Source: Camelus ferus
Lineage: Eukaryota
Length of the DNA stretch: 64,000 nt
NCBI RefSeq assembly: GCF_009834535.1
Contig: NC_045705.1
Coordinates: 62,434,001 to 62,498,000, forward strand
Reading direction: 5' to 3'
Both the position numbers and the translations under genes were made by a program. The notes beneath the pieces were generated by a model that was not told the DNA's origin, made no database searches, and saw nothing but the letters and a program-made list of their open reading frames with translations. How positions within the stretch are numbered: position 1 is the stretch's first letter; each line of letters begins with the position of its first letter. Below are positions 20,581-32,514 of the stretch, in pieces.

Positions 20581-23500
20581 AGCTTTTATTTAAAACCAGC
20601 TGGGCTCAAAGCCCATGAATGAGATGACTGAACTGTAAACCTGCATTTCACTGTTCCCTACGTCTTCACTTCCCTGTGCTGACCAACCTTTCCTTCAGCC
20701 TCAGCATCCCGGCACCCAGGAGATGCTCAAAACACGTTAAGAACTCAGGACCCCCAAATCAGGACAAGGGCACCCCCTTCCTTCCACGTGGAATTCACTC
20801 TGCGAGAACCTTCCATTTTAGTACAGGCTGAATAAAGGGCTTGGCGCTTGATAAACCTGTTGAGAGATTGCGATCCTGAGTTGACAAACGTCTTGAGGCT
20901 CTTATTTCTCACTGTCATCCAGGCTGGCAGATCAGTAAGTGCCTTGATTAAACAAATCATTAGCGCTAAGGAAATGTCCTCTTTCCTCGTAGTGACACAG
21001 AGGCTCCGTCTTCTACAGGCTGGTGCCTGCGGCCCTCCCCAGGTGGGCATTTCCATTCCACTTTGCAGAAAGTACCTTCATCCCCACCCACCCCCCCCCC
21101 CACACACACACACGACCTGCTGAGCCATGGACGTCCTCTAAGGCCACGCAGGCAGTGGAGTGTGGTGGGTGACCTTGGGCAAGTCACAGCAGTGAAATAG
21201 GAATTTTTTAAAGGAGTTCCTTCTGCACATCCCCCGCCCCCAAGTTGTGTACAAGTTTGTACACTGCTCTTTGGGCTTAGAAAGCATCCCCCCTTCCCTC
21301 CTCTAGACTCAGCTCTAGGGCATCAGGTGGGAGCCCAGCCCTCCCTCACCCCCTCTACCAGATGTCCTTGCACAGTGAACATTCTGTGCAACCATTCATG
21401 GCAGCCCTGCTAAGGTGCTTCTCAGCTGAGACCCTCGCTCCTCTGGCCTTCCCCCATCTCTCCCATTCAACCCTTTGCAAGGCTGAACTCCTCACTCCTC
21501 TGACCCTACCTCCAACCCTTGTTTTGAGTCTTATAATCACTGTGGTGACTTGTCTCCCAACCCTCCCAGAGGATGATTTATGAAAAGTTACTAAAAAAAA
21601 AGTACTCCAGATGAGCAGGGTCTTAAGGCATTTTCTAAACAAGGAGCGGGGATGTTTGTTCTTGATGGCTTGTCAGCTGCATTCCCACGGTGGAAACCAG
21701 CCTCCCGCACACACCAGACTCCAAGTCCCACCTCTCCACACGGAGGGTGCCAGAGGCGGGAGGGAGCCGGGGCTCGGGGCAGGATGTGCCTCCTCCCTGG
21801 GTTTCAGGAACCGAGAGCACCGGATTTCAGCACTGGGCACTTGAGAGAAAGAGTCTCATGAGCAATGGGGCCCCGGGCCCCCCAGCCTCCCTAGCAGAAA
21901 GCAGAGAACAGGCACCTGCTGTGACCAGGAGACACGGGGCAGGCTGAATCCAAGGGAGAGAAAATCCAGTCTGAAAGTCTTGTGCAGGAGGACCCCCAGA
22001 CTATCAGATGGGCCCTCTCGGAGCTCAGAGTCTGGAGGAGGGTGACCAGGGCCTTGGCAAGGGCCTAAAATGGCATATAGACCGGCCAGTCTCACCTTGA
22101 ATGTGAGTCAGAACCTCCTGGAGGGCTTGTCCCCACCACCAGAGGGTCTGATTCAGCAGGTCTAGGGGGCAGCCTGGGCACCTGTGTTCCTATCAAGTTC
22201 CCCTGAGGCGGGTGGGGGTGATGCTGCAGCCACTGGTTCTGCTGGGATGGAGAACTCGGTCCTTGGGTCTGAGGCGCTCAGAGCAGGGAGCAGAGCTGGG
22301 TCCCGGCAGAGAGCAGGGGCTTTTAACCAAGGGGACTCTGCTGCTGTTGTCTGCGATGATTCTGATGCGAGGACCTCGGTGGGGCCGGGCCTTGCCACAC
22401 AGAATTTGGGAGAGCAGAAGGCAGGGGGATGTGCTTTGTTCCAGCTGCCAGGACTACCTTGAAGGGGTTATAGATTAAGGGGAGAGAAAGGGGCCCACAG
22501 GAGCTGGCATCTCAACTGAAGGGTGGGGAGGGATGGATGCCAAAAGAGCCATTTCAGCCTCTATTCTCTGAGCACCAGGAGGGAGAGGGAGGGGCGAGTC
22601 TTCAACCTCAGCCCTGACCAGTGACCCACCAGGACCGGGAGAAAGATGCAGCCATCCCCAGGGCACACGCCTTAGTCCCTGAAACACAGCCATCTCCATG
22701 GCTTAGGACTTGATGTCAGAGACAGAAAGAGCCAAAATCAGGTCCATCTCTGCATCAACCCACCTACTGCCCCAGAGGAGAAAAATCTGAACCTAACAGA
22801 GCTCTGCTGGGACTCTGCTGCCTGTGGGGAAGTGTCCAGACTCCCAGAGTAGCCTTAAAGTCACCCTGGGGTCCAGTGCCCCAGCCCCTGCCCCGCTTCC
22901 CTGTGGCCCCAGCTGCCCATCCCTCCTATCCACCTCCGTGCCTTTGCACGTGCTGTTGCTGCTGCCTGGAATGCCTTTCCCCCTCCCCTCTCCTTCCTGC
23001 AGGACCCCTTTCCAGGATCATCAGTGTCTCTAGCCCCCCACAAGGATGCTCACAGCATCAAGGGTATTCAACCAACAGTTAAGGGAATGGGTCCACTACC
23101 CTCAAGCTGTGGGCCCAGTCCAAATGGGCTTTCTCCTCCTGGCCCTGCCTTAGGAAGCAGGTTTTCATGTTCCTGTCTGGCCTCTTTAAAGACTCTATCA
23201 AACAGGAAGTGAGAGACATGACAGGAAGCAGGTAAGACCTGCCCTGGAACCCTCTGGCCCCCATATGCAGGGGGCCCTGGAGTTGCCCAGACACAGCAGA
23301 GGAGCAGCATGACAGGACCCCACATGACACCTTGTGGGAGGCCCAGGGTGAGCTCCCTAGTGCCACCATCATCCACAGGAGAAGACCTAACGCCTGACAT
23401 GGACAATAAGCCTCCCAGTGATCTGGCCCTGCCTACGCCTTCACCTTCATTTATGCTTCTCACTAATCACATCCTACCATCAGTCAGCACTTACCGCCAC

Positions 23501-23934
23501 CTCCCCACACCCTGAACATACCAAACTGTTTCTGTGTCCTCGCTCGTGCTGTTTGCCCCCTGCTCTAGGATACCATTTCTTCTCTTGGCCTCTTGAACTC
23601 CTACTCATCCTTCAAAACCCTGGCCAGAGGTTCCCTCCTCTGGGAAGCCTTTGCTGATCCTCTCAGACAGACCCTACCTCCCACATTTCTGCCTCACTTT
23701 CTAGACTGCACCTTTGTCCTCCATGGTTAGTTTCACACAACCGCTTCTCACCCTCATCACGAGCAAGTGGAGGGCAGAGACAGTCCCTTCTTTATCTCCT
23801 CATCACCCATTGTGGATCCACTGTTACTCATGGCCTGATGCAATTCTCCCTGACTGCTTTCACCTGCGGTGGCTCCCACCTCGGGGACTAGTAAGTTCCT
23901 GTTATTATTCACTAGTAACTTTCTCAGGTTCGTG

Positions 23935-24362
23935 TGTATGCCAGTTAATCCTTGCCCCCAAAAAAGCCATAGCATATTCACAAACGAAGTACCAGAAACC
24001 CGATGGCTTAAAACAACAGAAAGCCATTCTCTCCCAGTTCTGGAGGCCAGAAGTCTGAAGCCTAAGTCTTGTCAGGGCCATACTCCCCCTGAAGGCTCTA
24101 GGGGACGGGCCTTGCTTCCTCTGCCTGGGTGGGTGGCTTCTGCAACTCTCCAGGCTCTGCCTCCACCCCCGGGGCTCTTGCCTCCTCCCCGGGTGTCTCT
24201 CTTAAGGACACTTGTCTTTGAATTTACGCCCCATCCGGACAATCCAGGACTATCTCATTTTGAGATCCTTAACTCAATCACATCTGCAAAGCTTCCTTCC
24301 TCACAGTTTCTGGGGGTTAGGATGGGGACACCTCTTTTCAGGGGCCACCATCCAACCTACTT
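23935..24362. mobile_element. MaLR solo LTR (MLT1C/D-like)
   Basis: gatggcttaaaacaacagaaa..cagttctggaggccagaagtctgaa..aatccaggactatctcattttgagatccttaactcaatcacatctgcaaag. Confidence 0.8.
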
Positions 24363-24804
24363 GAAATATTAACAGCTATGTTAATGGGGGGCTTACAATT
24401 GCCAGGCACCAGGCTGAGCACTTTATGTGTATTAGCTAGTCTAATTCTCACAAACGTCCTCTGAGGTACAGACGGTTATCATCCTCACTCCCAGAGGAGA
24501 AAACAGAGAGGTTAAGTGGGCCAGCCAAGGCTGCCCAGCTGTGAGCAGAGAGCTGGAACTCAGAACCAGGCGCTCCAGCACCACAGCCCAGTACTTCCCA
24601 GCTGACTGGATTCTCTGAGGTTCCCTGTTCTCTGCAGAAGCAGAGCTGCCTTTCTGCTCTTAAACATGCTCCACAAGCTTCACAAAGTATCTCTGTGGCC
24701 AACAGCGTCCACGGAGACCATGGCTGGGGCTTCCCTCGGGTTTCTCTGCGGGCTTCTGGGTGAGGTGACCTGCTTACTGCTGATTCCCGTACGTGCTTTG
24801 GCCC

Positions 24805-25525
24805 CTGTGATTACGTGTGGGGTTTTTTCCCTCCACCAGCTGGGAGTGTTGTGCAATTCAACTCCATTCCAACATGAGCTATTTGAAGATATAGCATCAG
24901 ACCCCGCAAGTTAAGGGCCCAGTCCTAGGAGACTGCCTCTCCCTCCAATTCAGACGCCAATCCCAAGTCCCCGTGTCACCTGTGCTTCCAACCAAAGGGC
25001 TCTAGTCTGAGGTTCCAACGACCCCCTCCTTAATTTGTTAGACAGGCTCACAGAACTCAGAGAAACAGTTTACTTCAGGGACAGCCAGCTGGAAGAGGTG
25101 CACAGGGTAGGGTAGGTGGAAAGGGGACAGAGTTTCCATCCCCTCTGAACATGCCCCTCTCCCCAGATGTCCATGTGTTCACCAACCTGGGTGCTCTGAA
25201 CTCCATCCTTGTAGGGTCTTCTGGAGGCTTCATTACACAGATGCAACTGATTGGATCATTGACCACTGGTGATTGAACCCCATCTCCAGCCCCTCTCCCC
25301 TCCCAGAAGGTGAGGAGGAGGGATGTGTGACCAAAAGTTCCAACTCTCTCATCACGTGGTCAGCTCCCTTGGCAATCAGCCTCCATCCCTAGCTGCCTTC
25401 CAGAAGTTACCTCATTGACATGACAAAAAAAAAAATTCCCAGGAAATTCCTGGGGTTTTAGGAGCTCAGCCAGGACTGGGAGGAAGAACAAATATTTATT
25501 CCTCATCTTCAATCACAATATCCCA
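24805..25525. mobile_element. MER21-type solo LTR
   Basis: caattcaactccattcc..agcatcagaccccgcaagttaagggcccagtcc..ggctcacagaactcagagaaac..ggaggcttcattaca..ggtgattgaaccccatctccagcccctctcccctccc. Confidence 0.75.
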
Positions 25526-26747
25526 GCACCTCCTCCCCATTGCCAACCTTGTCTTTCCAGCCTAGAAAGACCCCTTCCTCCACTGCTGCCCCACCACCAC
25601 CACCACCCCAGGCTTTTATTAGCAGAAGAGATGGCGCAGAGAACTAACATGGAACTCACAGCACCCCAGTTAGGGTGACCTGATTCTTAATCCCATTTTA
25701 CAGATTCAGAAACTGGAGTCCAGTTTTTCAAAATAGAAAGAACTAAGTTTAAAAAGGCAAGGAAGAAATAAACTGAGGTTTAGAAGGAGGCCAAGAGGAA
25801 GCCAAGATTCCAAGTCAAGTCATTCTGATCTGATCCTCTCTCCTCATCAGTAAAATATCATGGTTTTTTAAAAATTATTATTATTATTCATCACTATCGT
25901 GTTCAAAGGATTACCACATGCAGATTGTCCTCAGTTCTTTACGTGGCTTATTTATTTAATCCTCACAGCAACCCTACAAGTTAGGTACTGTTATTAGCCC
26001 CATTACACAGATGAGGAAGTGGAGTCACCAAGTGGATAGGTGGCTTTTCCAAGGTCTCTAGTGGGTGAGCACTGGAGCTCAGACCCTTTCCAGGCTGATG
26101 AGCTCTGGTACCCATGAGTCTTTGCACAAATGTAGAGCCATAACCAAGGACTCAGGGCTCCTCTCTCCAGGACAGCTTGGCACGACTTTTCTCAAAGGCA
26201 TCCTGCTGCCCGTGGCCACGAAGATGCTCCCCTGCTCTCTCCCTGCATTTCCAGGGTCCTGGGAGAGATGCCCTCATGAGTAAGGCCTGTGATGAGTTAG
26301 AAAACACCTCTCTGTGTATTGTCTGATTCCATCCCTATTTTACAGATGGTCCCACCACTCCTGAGAGGTGAAGGCAGGATGGGATCCAGGTCTCTCTGCT
26401 CCTCTCTCTGGTGCTCTCTCTGCCACCTAACCCCCCTGCCTCCATCAGGGAAAGCCTTCTGTTATAATAGAAGGCAAAGAAATGGGGAAAGAATGATGGA
26501 TTGGAGAATCATCGCACCAGTGGGTGAGTGCTTGCTGAGGGGCAGGATAATTACATCGTCTCAAAGTATCTCCCCGTAAGATACTTCCTAGATACAAAGA
26601 GAAACATAGTAACTTTAGAGAAACCTGGCTGACCCCACTTTCCCAATAACCAAAGTTGCAGCAGCAGTAATAGGACAGATAGGTCCGATTAGCCTCCTGG
26701 TCGAAAGCACTGAGAAGGATGCAGCATCGTTCTGGGGTTCTCCTGCC

Positions 26748-27140
26748 TGTTATGGGCTGAATCATGCCTCCATTCATATGTTGAAGCCCTGACCCCCAGT
26801 CCCTCAGAATGTGACCATATTTGGAGACAGGGTCTTCAGAAGTGATGGAGTTAAAGTGGAGCTATTAAGGTGGGTCCTAATCCAATCAGACTGGTGTCCT
26901 GGTGTCCCTGGAAGAGGGAATTTGGACCCACAAAGAGTCACCAGGGATGGACCTGCACATGTAGGACATAGCAAGAAGGCGGCCATCTGCATTTCAGGGA
27001 NNNNNNNNNNNNNNNNNNNNNNNNNNNNNNNNNNNNNNNNNNNNNNNNNNNNNNNNNNNNNNNNNNNNNNNNNNNNNNNNNNNNNNNNNNNNNNNNNNNN
27101 NNNNNNNNNNNNNNNNNNNNNNNNNNNNNNNNNNNNAAAG
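26748..27140 (+). mobile_element. MaLR solo LTR (MLT1A/B-like) inserted in an old L1MC-type 3' fragment (about 26590-28040); 136 N inside
   Basis: tgttatgggctgaat..attcatatgttgaagccctgacccccag..aatgtgaccatatttggagacagggtctt..gggtcctaatccaat. Confidence 0.75.
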
Positions 27141-27550
27141 GCACTCCCTGCATCTGAGCAGGAGGGGACACCAGGCAAACTGGAATGAGGGCCGTTCTGC
27201 AAAGTAACTGGCTGGTTCTCTTCAAAAATGTCCCAGGTATGAAAGACGAAGAAAGACAGAGGGACTGTCCCAGAATGGACGAGGCCAAAGAAACATGATT
27301 TTGACCTTGGACTGGCTCCTGGTCTAGGAAGAAAACTTTCTCCTTTGCTGTGAAAGTCACCATGAGGACAATTGGTGACTTGAATGCAAGGTTTGTAGAT
27401 GAGACAGTTGTGTCACATCAGTGTGGATTTCCTGATTTTGATCTGATTTTATTGCGGTTACTTGTTTTTTAGGAAATACACACAGGAATGTTTAGGGGTT
27501 AAAGGGTAGGCAGGCACATCTGTGACCAGCTCTCTCATAACATGCAAGGA

Positions 27551-27910
27551 AGTGCGTGCATGCATGTATGTATGCATGTGTGTGTGCACGTGTGTGTGCG
27601 CGCATCTGTGTGTGCACGTGAGTGTATGTACACGTGTGTCTGCACTGCATTGTGTACATGTGTGAGCCCACGAGTGTACATTGTGTGCGCATGCATGTGT
27701 GTCTGTGTGCGTGTGTCTGTGTGCGCACGTGTGTACACACGTGTGTCTGTGTGTACATGTGCGTGCATGTAGGTACACATGTGTTTGCACTGCATGCACG
27801 TGTGCGTGTGTGTGCATGTACACATGTGTGCTTGTGTGTACACGTGCGTGCATGTATGCATGTGTGTACGTGTGTGTCTGTGTATGCACGTGCGTGCGTG
27901 TATGTACATA
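27551..27910. repeat. Complex alternating purine-pyrimidine microsatellite (TG/CA/CG/TA), about 360 bp
   Basis: gtgcgtgcatgcatgtatgtatgcatgtgtgtgtgcacgtgtgtgtgcgcgc...gtgtatgtacatac. Confidence 0.95.
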
Positions 27911-28798
27911 CAGAGAGAAACAGAGCACTAAAACAAGTGTGGAAAGAAGTTAACAGTTGACATTTGAAAAATCTGGGGAAGGGAGACATGGGCCTTCTTT
28001 TCAGGAAGTTCTGAAAACATTTCCTAATAAGAAGTTTAAAACCTCCCATCATCCCTCAGGAGAAATTCACCTCCCCAGCCCTTTCCCCCACCCCTTCCCA
28101 TTACACGGCCTCCACCTCCCCGCCCAGCTCTTCCCTCTCCAGCAATCCAGCCAGCGTATGGCCACTGCTACCCCACCTCTCTGTGCCCCGCCCTCCTTCC
28201 CCAAATTCCCTCTGCCTCAACACAATACCCCCACAGTGCTCCTGTGCTCACAGGCTCCTTTGCTTCTGCTCAGGCACCCATCCCTCCAGAAACACTCCCC
28301 CACTTCTGGGTTCAGAGCCTCCACCTGCCCTGCTCCCAGGGCCCTTAACCCACCAAGCTTCCCTGTCTAAGCACTAGTTGCAAAGTTAACCACCACCAGT
28401 GATTTAATGGTAAATTATTACCACCAATAACTTAGCAGCTCCTTAAGTCCATTTCCTTAGCTTTCATTGAAGAGACGTTTTCTGTTCCAGGATCCCAGTC
28501 AGGAGGCCACGCTACGTAGTTGTCCACTCATGTTGGTGGTCGCTGGTAGTGGCCATGGGCGCATTCATTGCCTTAATTCCCAGGAGAACCCTAGGAGGTG
28601 CCTCCAGTCTGTTTATTCACCTGCCGGCCCCATCACCTGCAAGCTCTTTGGGCAGGGGCAGTGTTATCGTGGTCTTGTTCTGCCGGCCCCGGAAGCCCTA
28701 CCTGAGGACTGGAGAGCAAACCAACCCGGCCTGCTGCCCACCCCACTCCCCCTCAGCTCAGCAGGGACAGGAGGCCCTGCAGAGCCCAACGGGGCAGG

Positions 28799-28826
28799 GA
28801 GGGTCCCTGTTACTATGGCAACACAG
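28799..28826 (+). pseudogene. ZP1: ZP1 pseudo-exon 4, 3' remnant (end of trefoil domain)
   Basis: GAG GGT CCC TGT TAC TAT GGC AAC ACA G|gt versus human EVPCYYGNT. Confidence 0.85.
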
Positions 28827-29312
28827 GTGCAACTTTCCACACAGAGCAAGGTCCCAGCCCTGAATGCTGAAACCCCACCTCCAACCCCTCCCTCCCCACT
28901 GAAGAAACTGCTCCACACCCCGTTCCTGGGAGAACCTGGCCCCTAGGATGGAACACAGAGGAGACCTTTAGACAGGGCGGTTACCCATCCCAGCTTGCCT
29001 GATGAGAGTTGTCCTTGGGAACTATTAATCTACATTCATATGTACTCCCTCTTTTTAGATCAAGAACATCCCAGTGTGGATGATAAATTAAACAGTGACT
29101 CAACTTTTACAGTGTAATTCACCCATCTGTTCTGTGCGTGAGAAAGTCTGGTCTGTGAAGGCTTTGCTGGAGTTAACGCTGCTTGAGCAGCCAGTGAGAG
29201 AAGCCATTCCCCTCACATGCTGACTGTCACCCAGCCCCTCCCCACTCCGTGTCTATGACGGACACTGAACCCCAAGGCCCTGATCTGCCTCTTTGATCTC
29301 CCTTCATTCCAG

Positions 29313-29498
29313 CAACTGTCCAGTGCTTCAGAAACAGTCACTTCACCCTGGCAGTGTCCCAAGAAATGGCCCTGGCAGGAGGGAATACACTGGCCAACGT
29401 CCACTGGCCTTCATACCCTCCCTGCAGCTCCTGACCCAGGAGACGGGGTCCTCTATGGTTTCCACGTCCTTCTCACCTGCTGGGACACCACAGTCCTG
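29313..29498 (+). pseudogene. ZP1: ZP1 pseudo-exon 5
   Basis: ttccag|caactgtccagtgcttcaga...cagtcctg|gt; 186 nt; frameshift near 29404. Confidence 0.88.
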
Positions 29499-29745
29499 GT
29501 AGAGTAGGGGCCATGGGCTGGTGCCCAGGACTACCTGCTGGGAGGTGTCCCAGGAAGAAAAGGCAAGGTGGGCAGAGGATGGGGCCACAGTGCACATCAC
29601 TCAGGCAATGGCAGGTGGCATCCATCCACCCTGCTGGACCATGCCCCATTTGTTGCACCCACATAGCTGGTACCTGGTTTATTAAGTAATCAGGATGCCC
29701 TGATTCTGTGTCTTCTCCTCCCATCCTCTCTAACTTGGACTTGAG

Positions 29746-29872
29746 GCTTCATGCCCACTGTATCTTCAATGCCACTGACTTCCTGCTCCTCCAGGCACCC
29801 ATCTTCCCTCCCCAATTCAGCCTCTGTGACGCAGTCCAGCACCCTGCAGCTTCGGCTGCAGATGGACAAGAG
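29746..29872 (+). pseudogene. ZP1: ZP1 pseudo-exon 7
   Basis: ag|gcttcatgcccactgtatcttcaatgccactgacttcctg; frameshift after PIFPP; donor degraded. Confidence 0.85.
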
Positions 29873-29960
29873 ACAAGGGTCTGGTGTCCCTGTGCTTTCG
29901 CTTCCTGCCCCCACTTCCCAGACACACAGCCCACTGAGGTTCGAGCCCTTCTCCCTGCAG

Positions 29961-30150
29961 ATGAGGCTCTCAGCACCTGATCCAGGGAAGGGGACTACCC
30001 TAGCATGAAGCTGCTCCAAGAGTCTGATGCCACAGAGGTCTGACTCCCGGAGAGGACAGACCCAAGTCTGGTTGTGGTGCTGCACCAGTGTGGGGCATTC
30101 CCAGCACCAACCCCTTCCAGCAGCCTCAGGGGCCCTTCCTGGCAGGTGAG
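29961..30150 (+). pseudogene. ZP1: ZP1 pseudo-exon 8
   Basis: ctgcag|atgaggctctc; in-frame TGA at 29978-29980 and 30041-30043; 1-nt deletion in CAC CAG TG-TGG. Confidence 0.88.
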
Positions 30151-30222
30151 CGGTGGTGGTGCTGGAGCTGCCCCGGGGGGTCCCTATGCCTGCCTCCCCT
30201 CTTTGACCTCTCTCTTTCCCAG

Positions 30223-30331
30223 GTGTCCTTTTGATGACAGTTCAGGGCCAAAATAGTGGCCTTGGGAGGGCGGTGCCATTGCCACCTTTGCCGTCCTGGA
30301 CTCTGGCTCCCAGAGGGCCCTCAGGGGACCA
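30223..30331 (+). pseudogene. ZP1: ZP1 pseudo-exon 9 (about 33-nt internal deletion)
   Basis: ttcccag|gtgtccttttgatgac...ctggactctggctcccagagggccctcaggggacca|gt. Confidence 0.82.
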
Positions 30332-30854
30332 GTCAGAAGCACATGTTCCTCCTCCTGCTCCCCATCTGTGAAGTGGGGATAAGCTGGTCAGCGACTCCCT
30401 CCAGCCTCCTGTGAGCTAATATGGACAAAGGTCTGCAGACGGGGCTTGATCGCACTGAGGGTGGTGGAGGGCGGTGAGCCCAGGTCCTGGCCTCAGGTCA
30501 GCCCACAGGCGACCTGTAAAGAGCTCCTGATGGAGGGAGGAAAATGCCAGGATGGTGAATGCAATCCACCCTGACTCTGAGCCAGGCACGGTGTTCTCGA
30601 GTGACTTCGCTTCTGACTCTAGACACAATGCATTTAACATAATTCTGCTTTGAATTTTTATAACTTGACAGGTAACTTGAAGGTAAATATGGATAAACTT
30701 TGGGTATATTTAAGTTTTTCTACATAATCTACAAATGGCACCGTAAGTTACATACTACTCTTTAACTTGTATTCCACTGAACAATATATATCTTTCATAT
30801 TAATATATACAAAGCTTTATATATTTAAAATTTTTTTTTCCATTGCAACCCTTT

Positions 30855-31252
30855 TGTTTTTAATTGAAGTATAGTTAATTTACAATGTTGTGCTAGTTTC
30901 TGGTGTACAACATAGTGTGATTCAGTTATATACATTTATACTCTTTTTCATATTCTTTTTCACTATAAGATATTACAAGCTATTGAATATCGTTCCCTGT
31001 GCTACACAGGAGAACCTTGCTGTTTATCTATTTTATACATAGTAGTTAGTATCCGCTAATCCCAAACTCCCAATTTATCCCTTCCCCCTCTCTCCCCCAG
31101 GTAACCATAAGTTTGTTTTCTATGTCTGTGAGCCTGTTTCTGTTTTGTAACTAAGGCTCATTTGTGTCTTTTTTTAGATTCCACATATAGGTGATATCAT
31201 ATGGCATTTGTCTTTGTCTGGCTTTTTAGTATGAGAATCTCTAGGTCCATCT
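30855..31252 (-). mobile_element. L1 3'-end fragment (artiodactyl type) in ZP1 intron 9, nested in older AT-rich L1 remnant (about 30630-31320)
   Basis: ttttaattgaagtatagttaatttacaatgttgtgctagtttctggtgtacaacatagtg..tagattccacatataggtgatatcatatggcatttgtc. Confidence 0.88.
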
Positions 31253-31974
31253 GGACCTTTATATATTTCAGTAGCGCCATAGCATTACATCAGTGTAGAC
31301 CGATGTCACTGGTTAATGGTTAGCACCTGGGAGGTGGCTTAATTCTCAGCTCGGTTGTATGCCTCTTCCTGAGCCAACAGACCCTAACCTGCTGGATGAG
31401 GGGCCATCCTCTGGCTGGACCTACTGGGTGCTGGCTCAGGTCCATTCCTCCTGCTTCTACTCCTTTTGGGAGCTGCCCAGGGCGTCGTTTCTGGAAGGTG
31501 ACTCCCTTGGTGGTAACTCCAGTGGTAACTCCCTCCCCACCCCAGTCACTGGTCATCAAGGGCCAGGATGAGAGGGAGCCAGACATCTGCTCTCCTGCCT
31601 GCTCAACACCAGGTCCTGGGAATTCCGTCTCCCCACCCGTTGGGCAGGCAGTGAAGGAAGCAAGCTGGCCTCCCCGGGGGACTCTGCAGTCAGAGGTGGG
31701 GTTGGTGGAGCCGGCCGGGGCTGGGGCTCTATCAAGTGCAGTGGTTCCTGCCCGCAGGGTCCTCTATTGTAGACATGGGCGTCTGGAAGGAGGAAGGCAT
31801 GGATTCCAAACTGAGAGGAGACACCTGGCACTGTACCTCCTCAGACCGGGGTGAGTCAGCGTGCCCAGAGCCCTCCCTGCCCACCTGGCCGGCAGCAGCG
31901 TGCACCTGGCCCCCATGTCCCTGCTGAGAGCTTCCTGCCCATGGCTCCGAGCCAGCCCCGTGCCATCCCACCAG

Positions 31975-32066
31975 GTTTACTTCCTTGGCGGCACCTCTGC
32001 CTGCTCCCCTGCGGGGCTAGAGACCCGCTCGACTCCACGTAGCTCTGGGACTGCTCTGGGGGACTG
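31975..32066 (+). pseudogene. ZP1: ZP1 pseudo-exon 10
   Basis: ccag|GTT TAC TTC CTT GGC GGC ACC TCT GCC TGC; three conserved Cys lost; tandem duplication ctctgggactg/ctctgggggactg before gtaagg. Confidence 0.85.
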
Positions 32067-32135
32067 GTAAGGGGTGTTCTTTGTCCTTTCACATCTACAG
32101 GCCTGTTCCTGGCTTCTGGGCCACATGGGGAGCAG

Positions 32136-32246
32136 GACGGCAATGATCCTCAAATCAGCACAGTGACACTGCCAGGCCCCAGATTTCTCCATAGCCAGTG
32201 GGCTTTGAGGATTCCTACAGGCAGGAGCCTATGCCAGGGCCGGCAG
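32136..32246 (+). pseudogene. ZP1: ZP1 pseudo-exon 11
   Basis: cag|GA CGG CAA TGA TCC TCA (stop 32144-32146 in the furin site)...ccagtgggctttgaggattcctac...ggcag|gt. Confidence 0.87.
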
Positions 32247-32514
32247 GTGCCAGGCCTGTGGGCAGGCCCCTCCAGCCCGGGACCCCCATCCTCCAGGGTG
32301 TGCTGACAAAACGGAAGCTCTGGTTGTAGTGAGGGCGAGAGATTGTGTAACTGCATTCATTGGGGAACTAAGCAGAGCTAGACACGGTCCAACTTATCTG
32401 CAGAAGGGCAGCCCCAGCTCTGCTCGGTGTGATTACCAAGGGCTGGGGTGGAGGAGAGAGTTAAAGGGGCCCTCATCCAGCCCTGAAATCCCTCAAACCT
32501 CTTCTCTCTGGCAG

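Noticed and set aside
27458-28052. Several 76-186 aa His/Thr/Cys/Val-rich ORFs
   Set aside because: Translations of the RY microsatellite, which lacks stop codons.
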